A stretch of 64,000 nucleotides of DNA from Eledone cirrhosa (taxonomy: Eukaryota): NCBI GenBank assembly GCA_964016885.1, contig OZ024742.1, forward strand, positions 74,462,001 through 74,526,000, in the 5' to 3' direction. Every line of letters begins with the position of its first letter. Within the stretch, counting starts at the first letter, position 1. The notes beneath the pieces were generated by a model. That model made no database searches and was not told the origin of the DNA. It saw only the letters and a list, made by a program, of their open reading frames with translations. Of this stretch, positions 11,843 to 23,804 are shown in pieces. A program made the translations under genes and the position numbers.

Positions 11843-14800
11843 CGGCGGATAGTGTGCTCTGCGAAACATCATCCAACCGCCACTTTTTCATTGAGGACCT
11901 GCTATCAGGTAGAGCCTTTCTGGTTGACACAGGTGCAGTTTGTTCAATATGGCCTGTGTGTTGTATGAAGGAGACTCCCTCTGAGACACCCATTGAGTTG
12001 CAGGCAATAAATTGTTTGCCGATTCGAACCTTCGGACAAATCTCGCTACCTTTGCAGTTCTGTAATCTGCGGCGCGAGTTTAAATGGATATTTACTGTCG
12101 CTGCCTTGCCGTATCCGATTCTATGCGCGGATTTTCTCCACCATTTTTCATTGACGGTGGACATCCGTTGTAAGCGCCTAATTGATGGCATCACTGGTTT
12201 AACTGTTGTTTTTTCTTGCTATCACCGGCGATACTTACCATGCGTTGTTGAACTCGTTCCCGCAACTGACTCAGGGAAATTTCCGAATTGATGAGCCAAA
12301 TCATACCACGGAGCACTTCATAACTACAACTGGTGCTCCCGTTTTTTCTCGTCCTCGTCGCTTGCCCCCGGAAAAACTCAAAGCAGCACGATCAGAGTTT
12401 GATCATATGCTGCAGTTGGGGATTATTCGTCCGTCCACGAGCCCGTGGGCGTCCCCATTACACATGGTACCGAAAGCGACTGGCGATTGGAGACCTACTG
12501 GAGATTATCGACGCTTAAATTCGATAACGGAACCGGACCGTTATCCTATCCCTCATCTGCAAGACTTTGCGTCTTCGTTGCAGGGATGCAAGATATTCTC
12601 CAAACTGGATTTAATTCGTGCATACCATCAAATTCCTGTCCATAAAAATGACATTCCAAAAACGGCTATAGTTACGCCATTTGGGTCATTTGAGTTTTTG
12701 ACCATGCTGTTCGGATTAAGGAATGCCGCTAGTACGTTTCAGCGGTTTATGGATGAGGTTACTCGTGGCCTCGATTTCGTCTATACCTATATTGACGACC
12801 TGCTCATTGGTAGTTCTTCTCAAGAGCAACATACACACCATTTGAATCTTCTTTTCCGCCGATTGAAGGCGTATAACGTGCAGATTAATGCACCCAAATG
12901 TGTTTTTGGTGCTGAGTCACTGACTTTCTTGGGTCACGTCATCGATGCTGACGGTATTCGACCCCGGCCTGAGCGAGTTAAGGTCATAGAGGATTTGCCT
13001 CCACCGACCTCACTACGTCAGTAACGCCAGTTCTTAGGCCTGATTAACTTTTATAGGCATTTCGTGCCAAATTGTGCAAGATTGCTTTTCTCCCTGACGG
13101 AGATTTTAAAAAATTGTCGGAAGAAGAACAAAGACATTTCTTTGACAGACACTCAACTTGCTTATTTTCAGCACGCCAAAACTGCTTTGGCTAATGCTTC
13201 GTTACTGGCTCACCCGGTACCCGGTGCAAAGCTAACGCTTTGTGTTGATGCATCGGATATCGCTGTGGGCGCAGTGCTACAGCAAAACACCAATGGTTAC
13301 CAGCAACCGCTGGAGTTCTTTTCCAGAAAGATGAAACCTGCTGAGACGCGCTACAGCACCTTTGGAAGGGAGCTTTTGGCCATCGATTTAGCCGTGAAAC
13401 ATTTTTCACATATGCTAGAGGGTAGACTATTTACTATCCTCACTGACCATAAACCATTGATTTTTGCGTTGAGAGCGAAGGCTGATAAATACTCGCCCAG
13501 AGAGACGAGACACCTTGATTTCATCTCGCAATATACGCAATATCCAACACATTCCGGGTTCACTAAATACAGCGGCCGATGCTTTGTCCTGCTTACTCGT
13601 GACAGCGATCTCGTCACCCTCTGACATAGATCTGACTCGTTTGGCTGCGGATCAGCCCCCCCTTGAGTCATTGGATGTTACATCACCTGAGTTTGCGAAT
13701 TGCGAGATGAAATACTTGCCTCTGTCGACTGCAGTTGGCCAAATTCTCTGCGACGTGTCTTTGGACGTGCCTAGGCCCTTCGTTCCAGAGAATCATCGTC
13801 GGACCGTGTTTCTGGCATTACATAGTTTCTCGCATCCAGGATCTTCCGCCACAGCAAAGCTCATATCAGCTAGATTTTTCTGGCCAAATATGAGGCGTGA
13901 AATTGCTGCTTGGTGCTGTTCCTGCGTCGCTTACCAGAAATCAAAGGTCCATCGACACGTCAAGGCTCCCCTGGGTACCTTTACTAACCCAGATGCGCGT
14001 TTTTCACACATTCATATTGATATAGTGGGACCTTGGCCTGTTAGCGATGGTTATTCTTATCTGCTGACCATAATTGACCGTTTTTCGAGATGGCCTGAAG
14101 CCATCCCCTTGAAAAACATCACCGCTGAGACAACAGCGCGTGCTCTTTTGTCTGGATGGATCTCTCGTTATGGAGTTCCATCCACAGTAACTACCGACCG
14201 TGGACGACAGTTCGAGTCGAGCCTTTTCCTCGAACTGTCGTCCACGGTCGGTAGTTACTGTGGATGGAACTCCATAACGAGAGATCCATCCAGACAAAAG
14301 AGCACGGCGTACCATCCCGCTTCGAATGGTATGGTGGAGCGTTTTCACCGACAACTGAATGCCTGCTTAATGGCCTCAATGGACTCGGCGCATCGGAGCG
14401 AGTACCTCCCTATTGTGCTACTAGGGATTCGGTCAACGGTGAAGGTCGACTTTGGATTTTCACCGGCCGAAGTACTGTACGGTGCCCCTCTGACATTGCC
14501 CGGGCAAATGCTTGCCCCTATCGATCTTGATGCCCAAGATCACGCTTCCTACGTGTCCCGTTGCGCTCCTATTTCCAGGATTTGCCGCCAATGGACACTA
14601 GGAAACAAACTGTCAAGACTGCTGTCCCGAGGGATGTTGCCTCGTGGACGCATGTCTTTGTAAGGAAAGATTCTGTGAAGCCCCCGCTCACACAGCCTTA
14701 CACTGGACCTTACCGTGTCTTAGCGCGCTCGGCTAAGCATTTCACTTTAGATATTAAAGGATCCAGGGAGACAGTTACAATAGACAGACTTAAGCAGGCA

Positions 14801-14992
14801 CACCTTGACACGGACGCTGTGGTTCCTGATCCACGAACCCCTTCGTATTTGCCTGTTGAGCGAACGCCTGTTCCTGAACCACCATCATCGCCTGTCCCTA
14901 CACCACCACCATCGCCACGTTACAAGACCACGATCCGTTCAGGTCGTAGGGTCCACTGGCCCAAAAAACTTTGCAGCACCGTCTACATTTAG
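11806..14992 (+). pseudogene. pol: Gypsy pol (protease, RT, RNase H, integrase) with several frameshifts and a stop
   Basis: FLVDTGA; [23 protein letters not shown]; VDASD, RELLAI, TDHKPL; HHCC zinc finger, [23 protein letters not shown]; PYTGPY. Confidence 0.92.
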
Positions 14993-15202
14993 ACTGTGTT
15001 AGCTGCACCCTTTTTTTTTGCTTCTGTGTTTCTGCTTTTTCTTTGCCTTTTTTTATGCATGCATGTTGTGTTTTTTAACATTTTTCAAATCCTTATTCTG
15101 GATTTAATGATTGGTAGAGCGAATAGCTCCCCCTTGTTGCATTGTTCGCCATCTTACTCCACGTGTGAGTAATAACATCGATTTTCGATGATTTGAAAAT
15201 CT

Positions 15203-15214
15203 GGCAAGGGGTAG
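15203..15214 (+). promoter_or_regulatory. Polypurine tract
   Basis: GGCAAGGGGTAG directly before the 3' LTR. Confidence 0.7.
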
Positions 15215-15671
15215 TGTAGTAAGGCGCCTCACGCCCTGGCGGATAATGGACCAGGCCTAGTTGTCTCCCCCTGGTTGAGAACACCGAGGAGAGCAGACAG
15301 CCACGGAAAAGCAGACGGCATACACGCCACAGAAAACAGCCCCTGTACCACGAAACGATAAACAGCCAAGGGAACAGCAAACAGCAAACCCCACAATACC
15401 TTTGTAATTGTAATACGTTCCCTTCACCACAACTGACCGCGTCTATATTTGGTATGTTTCATTTGTAATATAATAAACACATATAAACAAATTAAACATC
15501 ACCATTATTTACATTTGTTGAATATAACTCTCGTTGTGGTTATTGTCTTGTTTACGCACACACCCACTCACTTTGTTATAATTCTCACTTACAAAAATGG
15601 TAAATAGACGAGGAACCTTCCCTCACGTCTATGTCGATAAACAATCCAACTAGGATACTTCATTTTACCAC

Positions 15672-15672
<1 letters not shown>
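15215..15672 (+). repeat. Gypsy 3' LTR
   Basis: Direct repeat of 8202-8661. Confidence 0.95.
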
Positions 15673-15709
<37 letters not shown>

Positions 15710-16164
15710 ATATATATATGAGATGAATAAATTTGGTATAATACCAGTTCCTTACCAAATGCGAAGAAGATCGCAAAGCATAATTAAAAAAAAACTATAT
15801 ATATATAGAGCGGTGGTGGAACTGGGTGGGGAGGATGCCCCCTTCCAATAATTATATTTTCTCCCCAAACTACCAAAACACACGTCTACTTGGATATGCG
15901 CTACAATTTATATACATGTTATGTTTATCGCATATCGAAGTTTTCTGATCATTTTAGAGTGCAAAGAGTTAAACTAAACTTCCACCGCCCCTGCAAATAG
16001 TAATAATAAATACAAAGACCAAAATCCGAAGAGGGCTTGATAAGGATTGTATATATAAATAAAAAAGTATGTATAAACCCGTAGTATGTATATTTATTAT
16101 TAGTACAGATTAAAGTTTAAGCAAAGAATTTCTGCTTTCACCCTATAATGTATAATATATATAC

Positions 16165-16280
16165 ACACATGTTGTCCCCCACCCACCCCCAAAATGTATA
16201 CACAATTTGATTACCTGTACAGGCAATATTTATTAGAATGCTGTTGAAGTATGTATACATTTTTGGGGACACCCTGTATA

Positions 16281-16323
<43 letters not shown>

Positions 16324-16540
16324 CTTAGAGATTAGACTCAATGGGGTCATTTACAATCATTTCAGCTCTAATATATATATACACATGTTGTGCCCCCAAA
16401 AATGTATAGATACTTTGATCACCTGTACAGGCAATATTTATTAGAATACCGTTGAGGTGTGTATATATTTTTTGGGGACACCAAAATATATATATATACA
16501 GATTGTCCCCCCAAAATGTATACATACTTCAACAGAATCC
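16165..16540. mobile_element. Cluster of 2-3 tiny Tc1/mariner-like MITEs in TA repeats
   Basis: Repeated ~100-bp unit tgtcccc..aaaatgtata...tatacatttttggggacac with inverted ends. Confidence 0.6.
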
Positions 16541-17848
16541 TAATATATATAAAACGTAGGAAGTGTGGTAAGGAACCAGATGGACCATAACACACCAGAG
16601 TACTCAATACTTAGGGTAGTAGAGTGGGTAATAGGAAAATGTTCAAGACACCGACGGCAGAGCTCAAGCCGTTTCGACGGCTATTTCTGGACTAAAGTAG
16701 AATTTTTAGCGTGGTAATAAATAGCCGAACTTTTCAAGGAGTAATTCCTTATATGGGAAGGTTGTAGTTGTCAAAAGGATTATTCAAAATTTCTTGTAAA
16801 CACAATTAAATCCTTCATGGCGGTGGGTGGTAGGTGGGAGTGGCTGAACTTTCCTGTAGAACAATGGGGGAGTGGGTGGAGCCGTTCAAGCGATGAAAGT
16901 GAATTCTATACAGCAAATTCTAAGGAGTGTGTATGAAATTAGGCTAGTTAGGAAGCAGGCGAAAAAGGAATTCTGGAGGAATCTGAGAGTAGCAAGTTAT
17001 AAAATTAGAAAGTTAATAAATTGAGAATAAAAAAAAAAAAAAAAATAATAATATTAAAAAATTAAATAAAAAAAACCCCCAAAATCGATTCTAAAGCAGC
17101 TGCTATATATTTAGCTGGTATTGCGTTTTCGGCCAATGCTATATAGAATTTATTGGGGTGGGGGTACTGAGGCTACAAAAGCCCGATGGGCTGCCTCAGG
17201 GTAGGCGAAAGAGGAAAAAGGAAAAGGAAGAGGGGAGGGAGTGGAAGGATTGCGTAGGACTTACTTCGCCCTCAAACCCCCTCATGACCCGGGTGGGTAG
17301 ACAATGGCTGCAACATCCTTTTTTTCCCCACTTGCCGAACAAGATAGGGAAACCCCAGCATACATAGGTAGATGTACTTCTTTTCTACGACTTTATCAGG
17401 AGTTACGGGTCCATACCATACCATACCATACCATATCATTCTACATTTATTAATTCCTCATTTCAGGAATAGTGTCATTAGTTTACATATATCTTAGGTT
17501 ACATATATCTTAGGTAGTATGACAAGGGTAAACCGCATGAGATCATCCTACGTCATGGTTTATTTTGATTCCTCAAATGTCAGCATCCACTAACGCATCA
17601 CAGAACTCTGAACACATAGTTTAAAGCACCGGCTGGGATCTACATGATCGATGAAACTATTGACGACGAATTCCCAGTAAGACAGCCGACCAATTGAACA
17701 GAAATCATTAAAAGATCCGAATCACCTTTTATCGTTATTACTCATTTGCCTAGTTTATGAATGAAATGAGAATCAGCAATAAATTGATAATAATTACTAA
17801 TACAAAAAACGTGAAATGTGTAGAGTTTACTCTCTCTCTCTCACTCTC

Positions 17849-17882
<34 letters not shown>

Positions 17883-18110
17883 CATGTGAGTTAGAACGTT
17901 TATGCGCATTTTCGTATACGTGTCTGTATATATTTTTTATGAACACGTTCGTTATTCATTAATGGCTTTTTCTTTATTGCATAGTAAATGACATTTTTCT
18001 TTATTGCATAATATATAAATAGGGAAAAATAGATATAAAGTAGACCAAATATATAAATAGGTAGGTATAGAGACAGACGTAGATACATAGATAAGTACAC
18101 TGATGTAGAG

Positions 18111-18160
18111 GGAGATAGATAGATGGATAAATTTCTTTATTAGCCACAAGGGCTAGATTA

Positions 18161-18200
<40 letters not shown>
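18111..18200. repeat. (GATA)n microsatellite containing a 22-bp Tx1 3'-end stub (18132-18153)
   Basis: tttctttattagccacaagggc sits between GATA runs and matches the Tx1 3' termini. Confidence 0.8.
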
Positions 18201-18201
18201 A

Positions 18202-21200
18202 TTTCTATTTATTTGCCACGTGGGCACAAAAGAAAGGGACACATACATGGAGGGTGGGGAGTTTACATAGAAATAGAGTAAAAAAATGTAATAACAAATA
18301 AAATTATAACAAAAAGGTCCTCAATAGGGAGGGATCGTTTTGGGGGTCACACACACCCCCGAAAAAAAATGTGCGACCCTTCTTTACGGGAGCACAAAGA
18401 GAGGGTGCTCCCTTCTTCCTTCATCCTTTTCCACCTACAGGCTGAGGTAGAGAGAAGGCCCATTCACACGGGCCATTCTCGCAACTTTCACCCACCTTTC
18501 ATAAAACTTGCTGGGGTAGAGCACCTCTCTCTCCATTCTGATCCTTCTTCATGGTATTTGAAAAAAAAGACCAGTTGTTGGCCGGAGAGAAAGGTGTCCG
18601 CCCTCAGCCCTTTCAGCCTCGTCCACCATGCAACCTCTTTAGCCATGGCTATCACACAGAGGAAAACCGCCTCTCCTTGGTTTTTGAAGGGGGGAGGCGG
18701 CTTGATCGTGACAATGGACTCGGTTGTCAACCGGATTGGTCCCACCCGCTACAGTAGTCGTTCCACATAGCCCCACAGGTCAGCAACGCCCGGGCAGTGT
18801 ACGAATGCGTGCGCGACGGTTTCCTCGTCACGCACGCATCTCGGACAGATCTTTTTCGAGGGATCCCTACCCGGGCGCCCGTGTCTGTAGAGCTTGTCCC
18901 GTACGGATAGAGCCCCTCGGTAGCACTGCCAGGCCAAGGACTTTTGGAAGTTGCCCATCGGTCCCGGTCCAAACGTCCTACCGAACAAACTGGCTAGTTC
19001 GTCTTCCTCCATGCCCAGAGCTTCTCCGAGAGCGTCGTCGCACCTGCTGCGAACCAACCCTCTTTAGAATGTCGAGCTGGAGTCTCCACTGATTGCCGGG
19101 TCCGCTTGCCAGAAGGCCGTGAGCACCTGGGAACATTCAATGTACCAGTCGCTCACTTTTCTCGGTCTTTGCTTGACCCAGGATTGCAGCTCGGTGAGCG
19201 AGACGAGTCTCGGAAAGGCGCGCCTCACAAACGAAGCCCACACCGATTGACCGGTGAGGAATACCTCGAGGTGCCTTAGCCTTAATGCGTGTTTATGCAT
19301 CGCCAACCACGGCATCCCCAGCCCTCCGTTCGAAGGGTGTTGACAGCAGATGGATCTCCTAACCAAAGGGGCCCGCTTCTTCCAAAGGAATTGGAAGAGC
19401 GCGCGCTCCATTTTGGAGCCTGTTTTCGCTGGGCAAGACACGACGGTCAAGCGGTAGTAGATGACGGACGCTATATAAGTGTTCGCCATCTCCGCTCGAC
19501 TTCTGGGCGAGTGAAAACACCCTAGCCGTTACCTCATCCCAGTTTTTCTCCACCTGGAGATTGGTCCGAACCAGACCCCGAGCAGCTTTACCGGCCCCTC
19601 CGGACAGCGTCCGACGACGCTGTCGGAGTGCATCGGTTTGCCTCTCCACGTTCCGAGTTGCAAACCGACGGACTTGTCCCGGTTCAGCTTGGCTCCTGTA
19701 AACCTTTCGTATTCCTCCAGTAAGGTGCCGATCTCCCCGATTTGCGAAGCGCTCGACACCATTACTGTCACGTCATCGGCATAAGCCGACACCGCTTTCC
19801 GCAATCCCGGTTCCAAAGGGATGCCCTGCAACAGCTTCAGCTTCCGCAGTAGTGGCTCGAGAGCCAGCGCATACAGAAAGGAGGAGAGAGGGCACCCCTG
19901 TCGGATGGATCGAGTGATTTGGAACGGCTCCGAGAGATAGCCGTTCACCTTGAGCCTTGAGCAGCTGTTGCTGCTGTACATCACAGCAATCCAGCCCCTG
20001 AAAACGGGTCCGAAACCTGCCACCGCGAGCACCGCATCCAGGTAACGATGGTCAACCCTATCGAACGCCTTAGATTGATCCAAGTTGATCAGGGCCCCAC
20101 CAAAGCCGGGTTTACACCCTACTCTCTCTACGATATATCGCATGAGGTGGAGGTTGTCGTGAATGGACCTGGACGGGATTGCGCATGTCTGCGCTTCTGC
20201 CACCAGGTTCCCGACGACAAGCGCCAACCTCTTCGCTAACACCTTGGCCAAAATCTTTAACTCTGCGTTTAGCAGAGTTATGGGCCTAAAATTACTTATC
20301 TCATCCCCCTTGTTCTCGTCCTTCCTCACCAGAGTGACTACGCCCTTGGTCAGAGAACTGGGAATTCTCCCGTTCTGTTGCCAGTTGCAGTAGACCGCCT
20401 CGAGGAGATTGGAGAACAAGTCCGACTTGCTACATACATTTTCGTATGGTAGACCATCGAGACCCGGAGATTTGCGTTTGCTGCATTGGCTCAGCGCTTC
20501 CACTATTTCAGCTGAAAATCGGCCTTTCGCAGGACTTCGCCTCCTCGTCCGAGAGCCGCGGTAGACCGTCGAGGTATGGACCGAAATCCATAGTCTCACC
20601 CGCCCCCGCCCCTCCCGAACAGTCGTTCAAAGTGCCGTTGAAAGGCTCGGGTACAAGGATCACACGCCCATTCTGGTCCTTCAGAGACCGAATCGTGGAT
20701 TTGTTTCCATTTTTTGCCTCTGTCATTCGGGTCCAGCTAACAGCTTTGGCTCCCTCGTTACCCAGAGCACGTATTTTACTCCTGACAACGCAGCCCTCGT
20801 GCTTCGCGTCAAAGAACTGGTCTAAGACCGTTTTTGACGCCAGCAGGTTGGCCACGTTGCCACTCCTAATCGACTCTTCTACTCTATCTACTAATTCCTT
20901 TTCAGTTTTATTCCTATCTCTTTCTAATTCCTGACTAAAACCTATCGATTCTATTCTAATTGCTCTCTTGAGAGAGCCCCACCACCTGCTGTTGACAATT
21001 GTCCCTGTCAACCGCTGCTTAACTAAAGTGCTAATCCGTTTACTGTAAGCTTTGTTTGTCGGTAAGGACAAGTTTAGCTTCCAGAAACCGGGTCCCTGTC
21101 TATGGGTTCTATCAAGGTTGAGTATGCAGGCCACTAACTTGTAATCCGAATAGTCAACCATGAACATTTTTGGACAGCTTAATATGTCCCTATCCTTATT

Positions 21201-23722
21201 TCTAACTAGGACCCTATCTAGGTACGACATAGATGTTCCGCTGCGGTTAGTCCACGTCCACAGTGGCACAGTCGGAAAATCTAGTCGATATCTATCGGCC
21301 AGGTCAAATCGGCCGATTAACCGTTTGAGGCTGTTACACCTCTCTTTATCGGGACATGCCCCTACATAGTCCCAACGTGCATCCAGGATACTATTCCAGT
21401 CCTCCACTAAAAGCAAGGAGTGGGACGTTTCTAGAAAAGTCTCTAAGCGTTGGAAGAAGTCCGGCCGCGGTGTCCACCTTTACCACTGCCGACGTCTAGA
21501 ACCCTCAGTCGACCCTCCGGGTCCAGGTGTACCTTATGTGTGGCAAGACCCAGGTGTTTTCGCAGCAGAACGACAACCCCAATCCCACCCCCAGCTAACA
21601 GAGTGATGCGTAGATCTCAAAGTCGTCGAAGATGGAGGCCAGTTGGCGCTCGTTGCTGATCCTGAACTCGCAAATAGCCATTACACCCACTCTGTGCGAC
21701 GTGAGGTCATTTAAGTGTTTGCCCTGTTTCCAGGACATCCCCAGGCCGCGTGTATTCACACATCCAACTCTTATATTGGCCATGTTGGTGCTGAAGAGTT
21801 AAAAGGAAGAGGAAAAGAAATTACTTACCTCTTCGTCTCCTGGGGACCAGGCTACACAATTTCCATGGGGGTGTTGGAAGGGTTGTTTGGTGGTGTGGTG
21901 GTTTGTAGTGGGGTGTGGGTGTCTGGGGTGGGGGTGGGGAAACATTTCAATAGGACGCGGTTAAATGGTTTGGTGCAGGGGGGCCCCACATCCATTGAAT
22001 GGTTCTTTTTCAGTGTTATATAGGTATCCATTGGGACCCTAATTATCTTTAGGTGCGGTTTGCCCGCTGTGTAGGTGAAAGTGATCCTTCGGGTTCCACC
22101 GAAGGGTTATTGTCTATTGCTTTCATCAAAGTTTTATTGTTCTTGTTAATGTATGTATAGTGTTTTTGTTGTGTTTGTTTTTGTTTGTTGTTCTTGTGTG
22201 TGTTTGCGTTTTGTTGTATGTATTTTGTTTTCGGGAAGGGCGGTTCTTGTTTGGTCTGTTTGTGTTCGTGTTTGTGTGTTTGTTTCGTTTTTGTTCATGT
22301 GATGTCTCCTTTTTTTCTTTTCACGGGTTGGAAGGGTTCCCCTTCATCGCCACTGGGTGACGTTGAAACGGGGTTCTCGTCCGTGTTGTATGGAAGGGGT
22401 ATATTTTGGGGTTCTGTTGTGACTATGTGTGTTTTTGTATTTGTTTTGGGTGAGGAGGGTTTGGTGGGACGGTGTTTTGTGTTGTTTTTTCTTGTTGTTT
22501 TTGTTGTTGTTGTTGTTGTGGTGGTGGTTGTGTTGTTGTTTGTGGAGTAGGCAACAGCGCCTTTTTTTTATTTGTCAATTGAGGACAGGCAGCCCTTAGG
22601 TGACCTCTGCTTGAGCAGTGGTAACATGCGGGCCGCCTACCCTCAACTGAGATGTTTATGAATGTCATACCATCCAGGGACACCCTCTGCGGTATTCTAG
22701 CGATTCGTTCTGGTCTCATTAGGACCAGAAGCTCCACGCTCGTGCCGCCGAAAACGACCCCGGTGGCTTCTCCTATTGAAAGGATCTTGTCTTCATCCTC
22801 TAAGAATACCGTTAGCACCCACCAAATGCTCGCATTTGGCCGGATTCCTGAGATTCTAATTTTCTGGGTTCTTTTTCCCAGATATGTAGGGAAAAAGGTG
22901 TATAACTTTGATACAATTGGCGACACAGAATATTTCTGGGCCGTCAATTGATCTTTCATTAAGACCGATATACTCCCATACAGTTTCCCTTTCTGAATGA
23001 AAGATATATCAGTCCATGCATTCTTTAGTACCAGACAATTTCGCTTTGGGTTAATTGAGCCGGTTTTTTCGTTATGTTCGAAATTGTTCGGAAGGATAAG
23101 GTCCTCAGGACCGTCTCTCTTCTAATTTCTTGGAGGGAGGTTATTGTAAATTCCCCTCCTTCCCCAAAAGTCACATAGTTCCTTGCTTCTTTTAACAATT
23201 CTTTTGCATTCAAAATGTCGAGTTGTCTGTAGGTCTGTGTCTCTCGTACCGCCTGTGCGAAGGAGACTTCAGTTGTGGGTACGTTTTGTTTGGTCTTGTT
23301 GTTGTTATTATTGTTGTTTTCCTTTTTTTTTTTATTGGTGTTTTCCTTTGCGCTGGTGTTGTTTGTGTTATCGTTGTTGGTGTTGTTGGTTGTGGGGTTC
23401 ATGCTGTTATTAATTCCATTTGGGTTAGCACCCATTTTTACAAATTTTTTTATTAATTCCAAGTTCATTGTTTCTTTTTCGGAAGTGAGGAGGGAAGACT
23501 TAGCACGTTACACTGCTTCTTTCTCTGGCAAATTCGTCAACAAATTTTTACAATGAAAGTTTCACCCCAAAAAGGGGCGAAAATTATTGACCCCAACGTC
23601 TGCAGTCCCAGGCGAGGGGTTAAATTAAACAATAAAAACAAATTTAACAATAAACTCACAATTATTTGTGTAAATATCCACAATACTCGAGGAGCGAAGT
23701 AAACCACGTCTATCGCCACCAA
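18202..23722 (-). mobile_element. Full-length degenerate Tx1-clade (L1 group) LINE flanked by (GATA)n
   Basis: ORF1 with CYHCSSRGHLRAAC knuckle; ORF2 APE (VNTRG, DWN, SYLD), RT (SPGLDG, DQSKAFD, RQGCPLS, AYADD), CPRC..ETVAHAFVHC. Confidence 0.92.
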
Positions 23723-23748
23723 GATAGATAGATAGATAGATAGGTAGG

Positions 23749-23795
<47 letters not shown>

Positions 23796-23804
23796 ATAGA
23801 TAGA
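23723..23804. repeat. (GATA)n microsatellite between two Tx1 copies
   Basis: Direct reading. Confidence 0.95.

Larger units (their letters stand above)
8202..15672 (+). mobile_element. Full-length but disabled Ty3/Gypsy LTR retrotransposon, CsRn1/Kabuki/Boudicca-like lineage
   Basis: Two ~460-bp TG...CA LTRs, Trp-like PBS, PPT, gag with Cx2Hx9Cx3C, PR-RT-RH-IN order; inserted in (TA)n. Confidence 0.95.

Noticed and set aside
14004-14354. Minus-strand ORF with integrase-like peptide
   Set aside because: A by-product of the 78-bp inverted duplication, not a second gene
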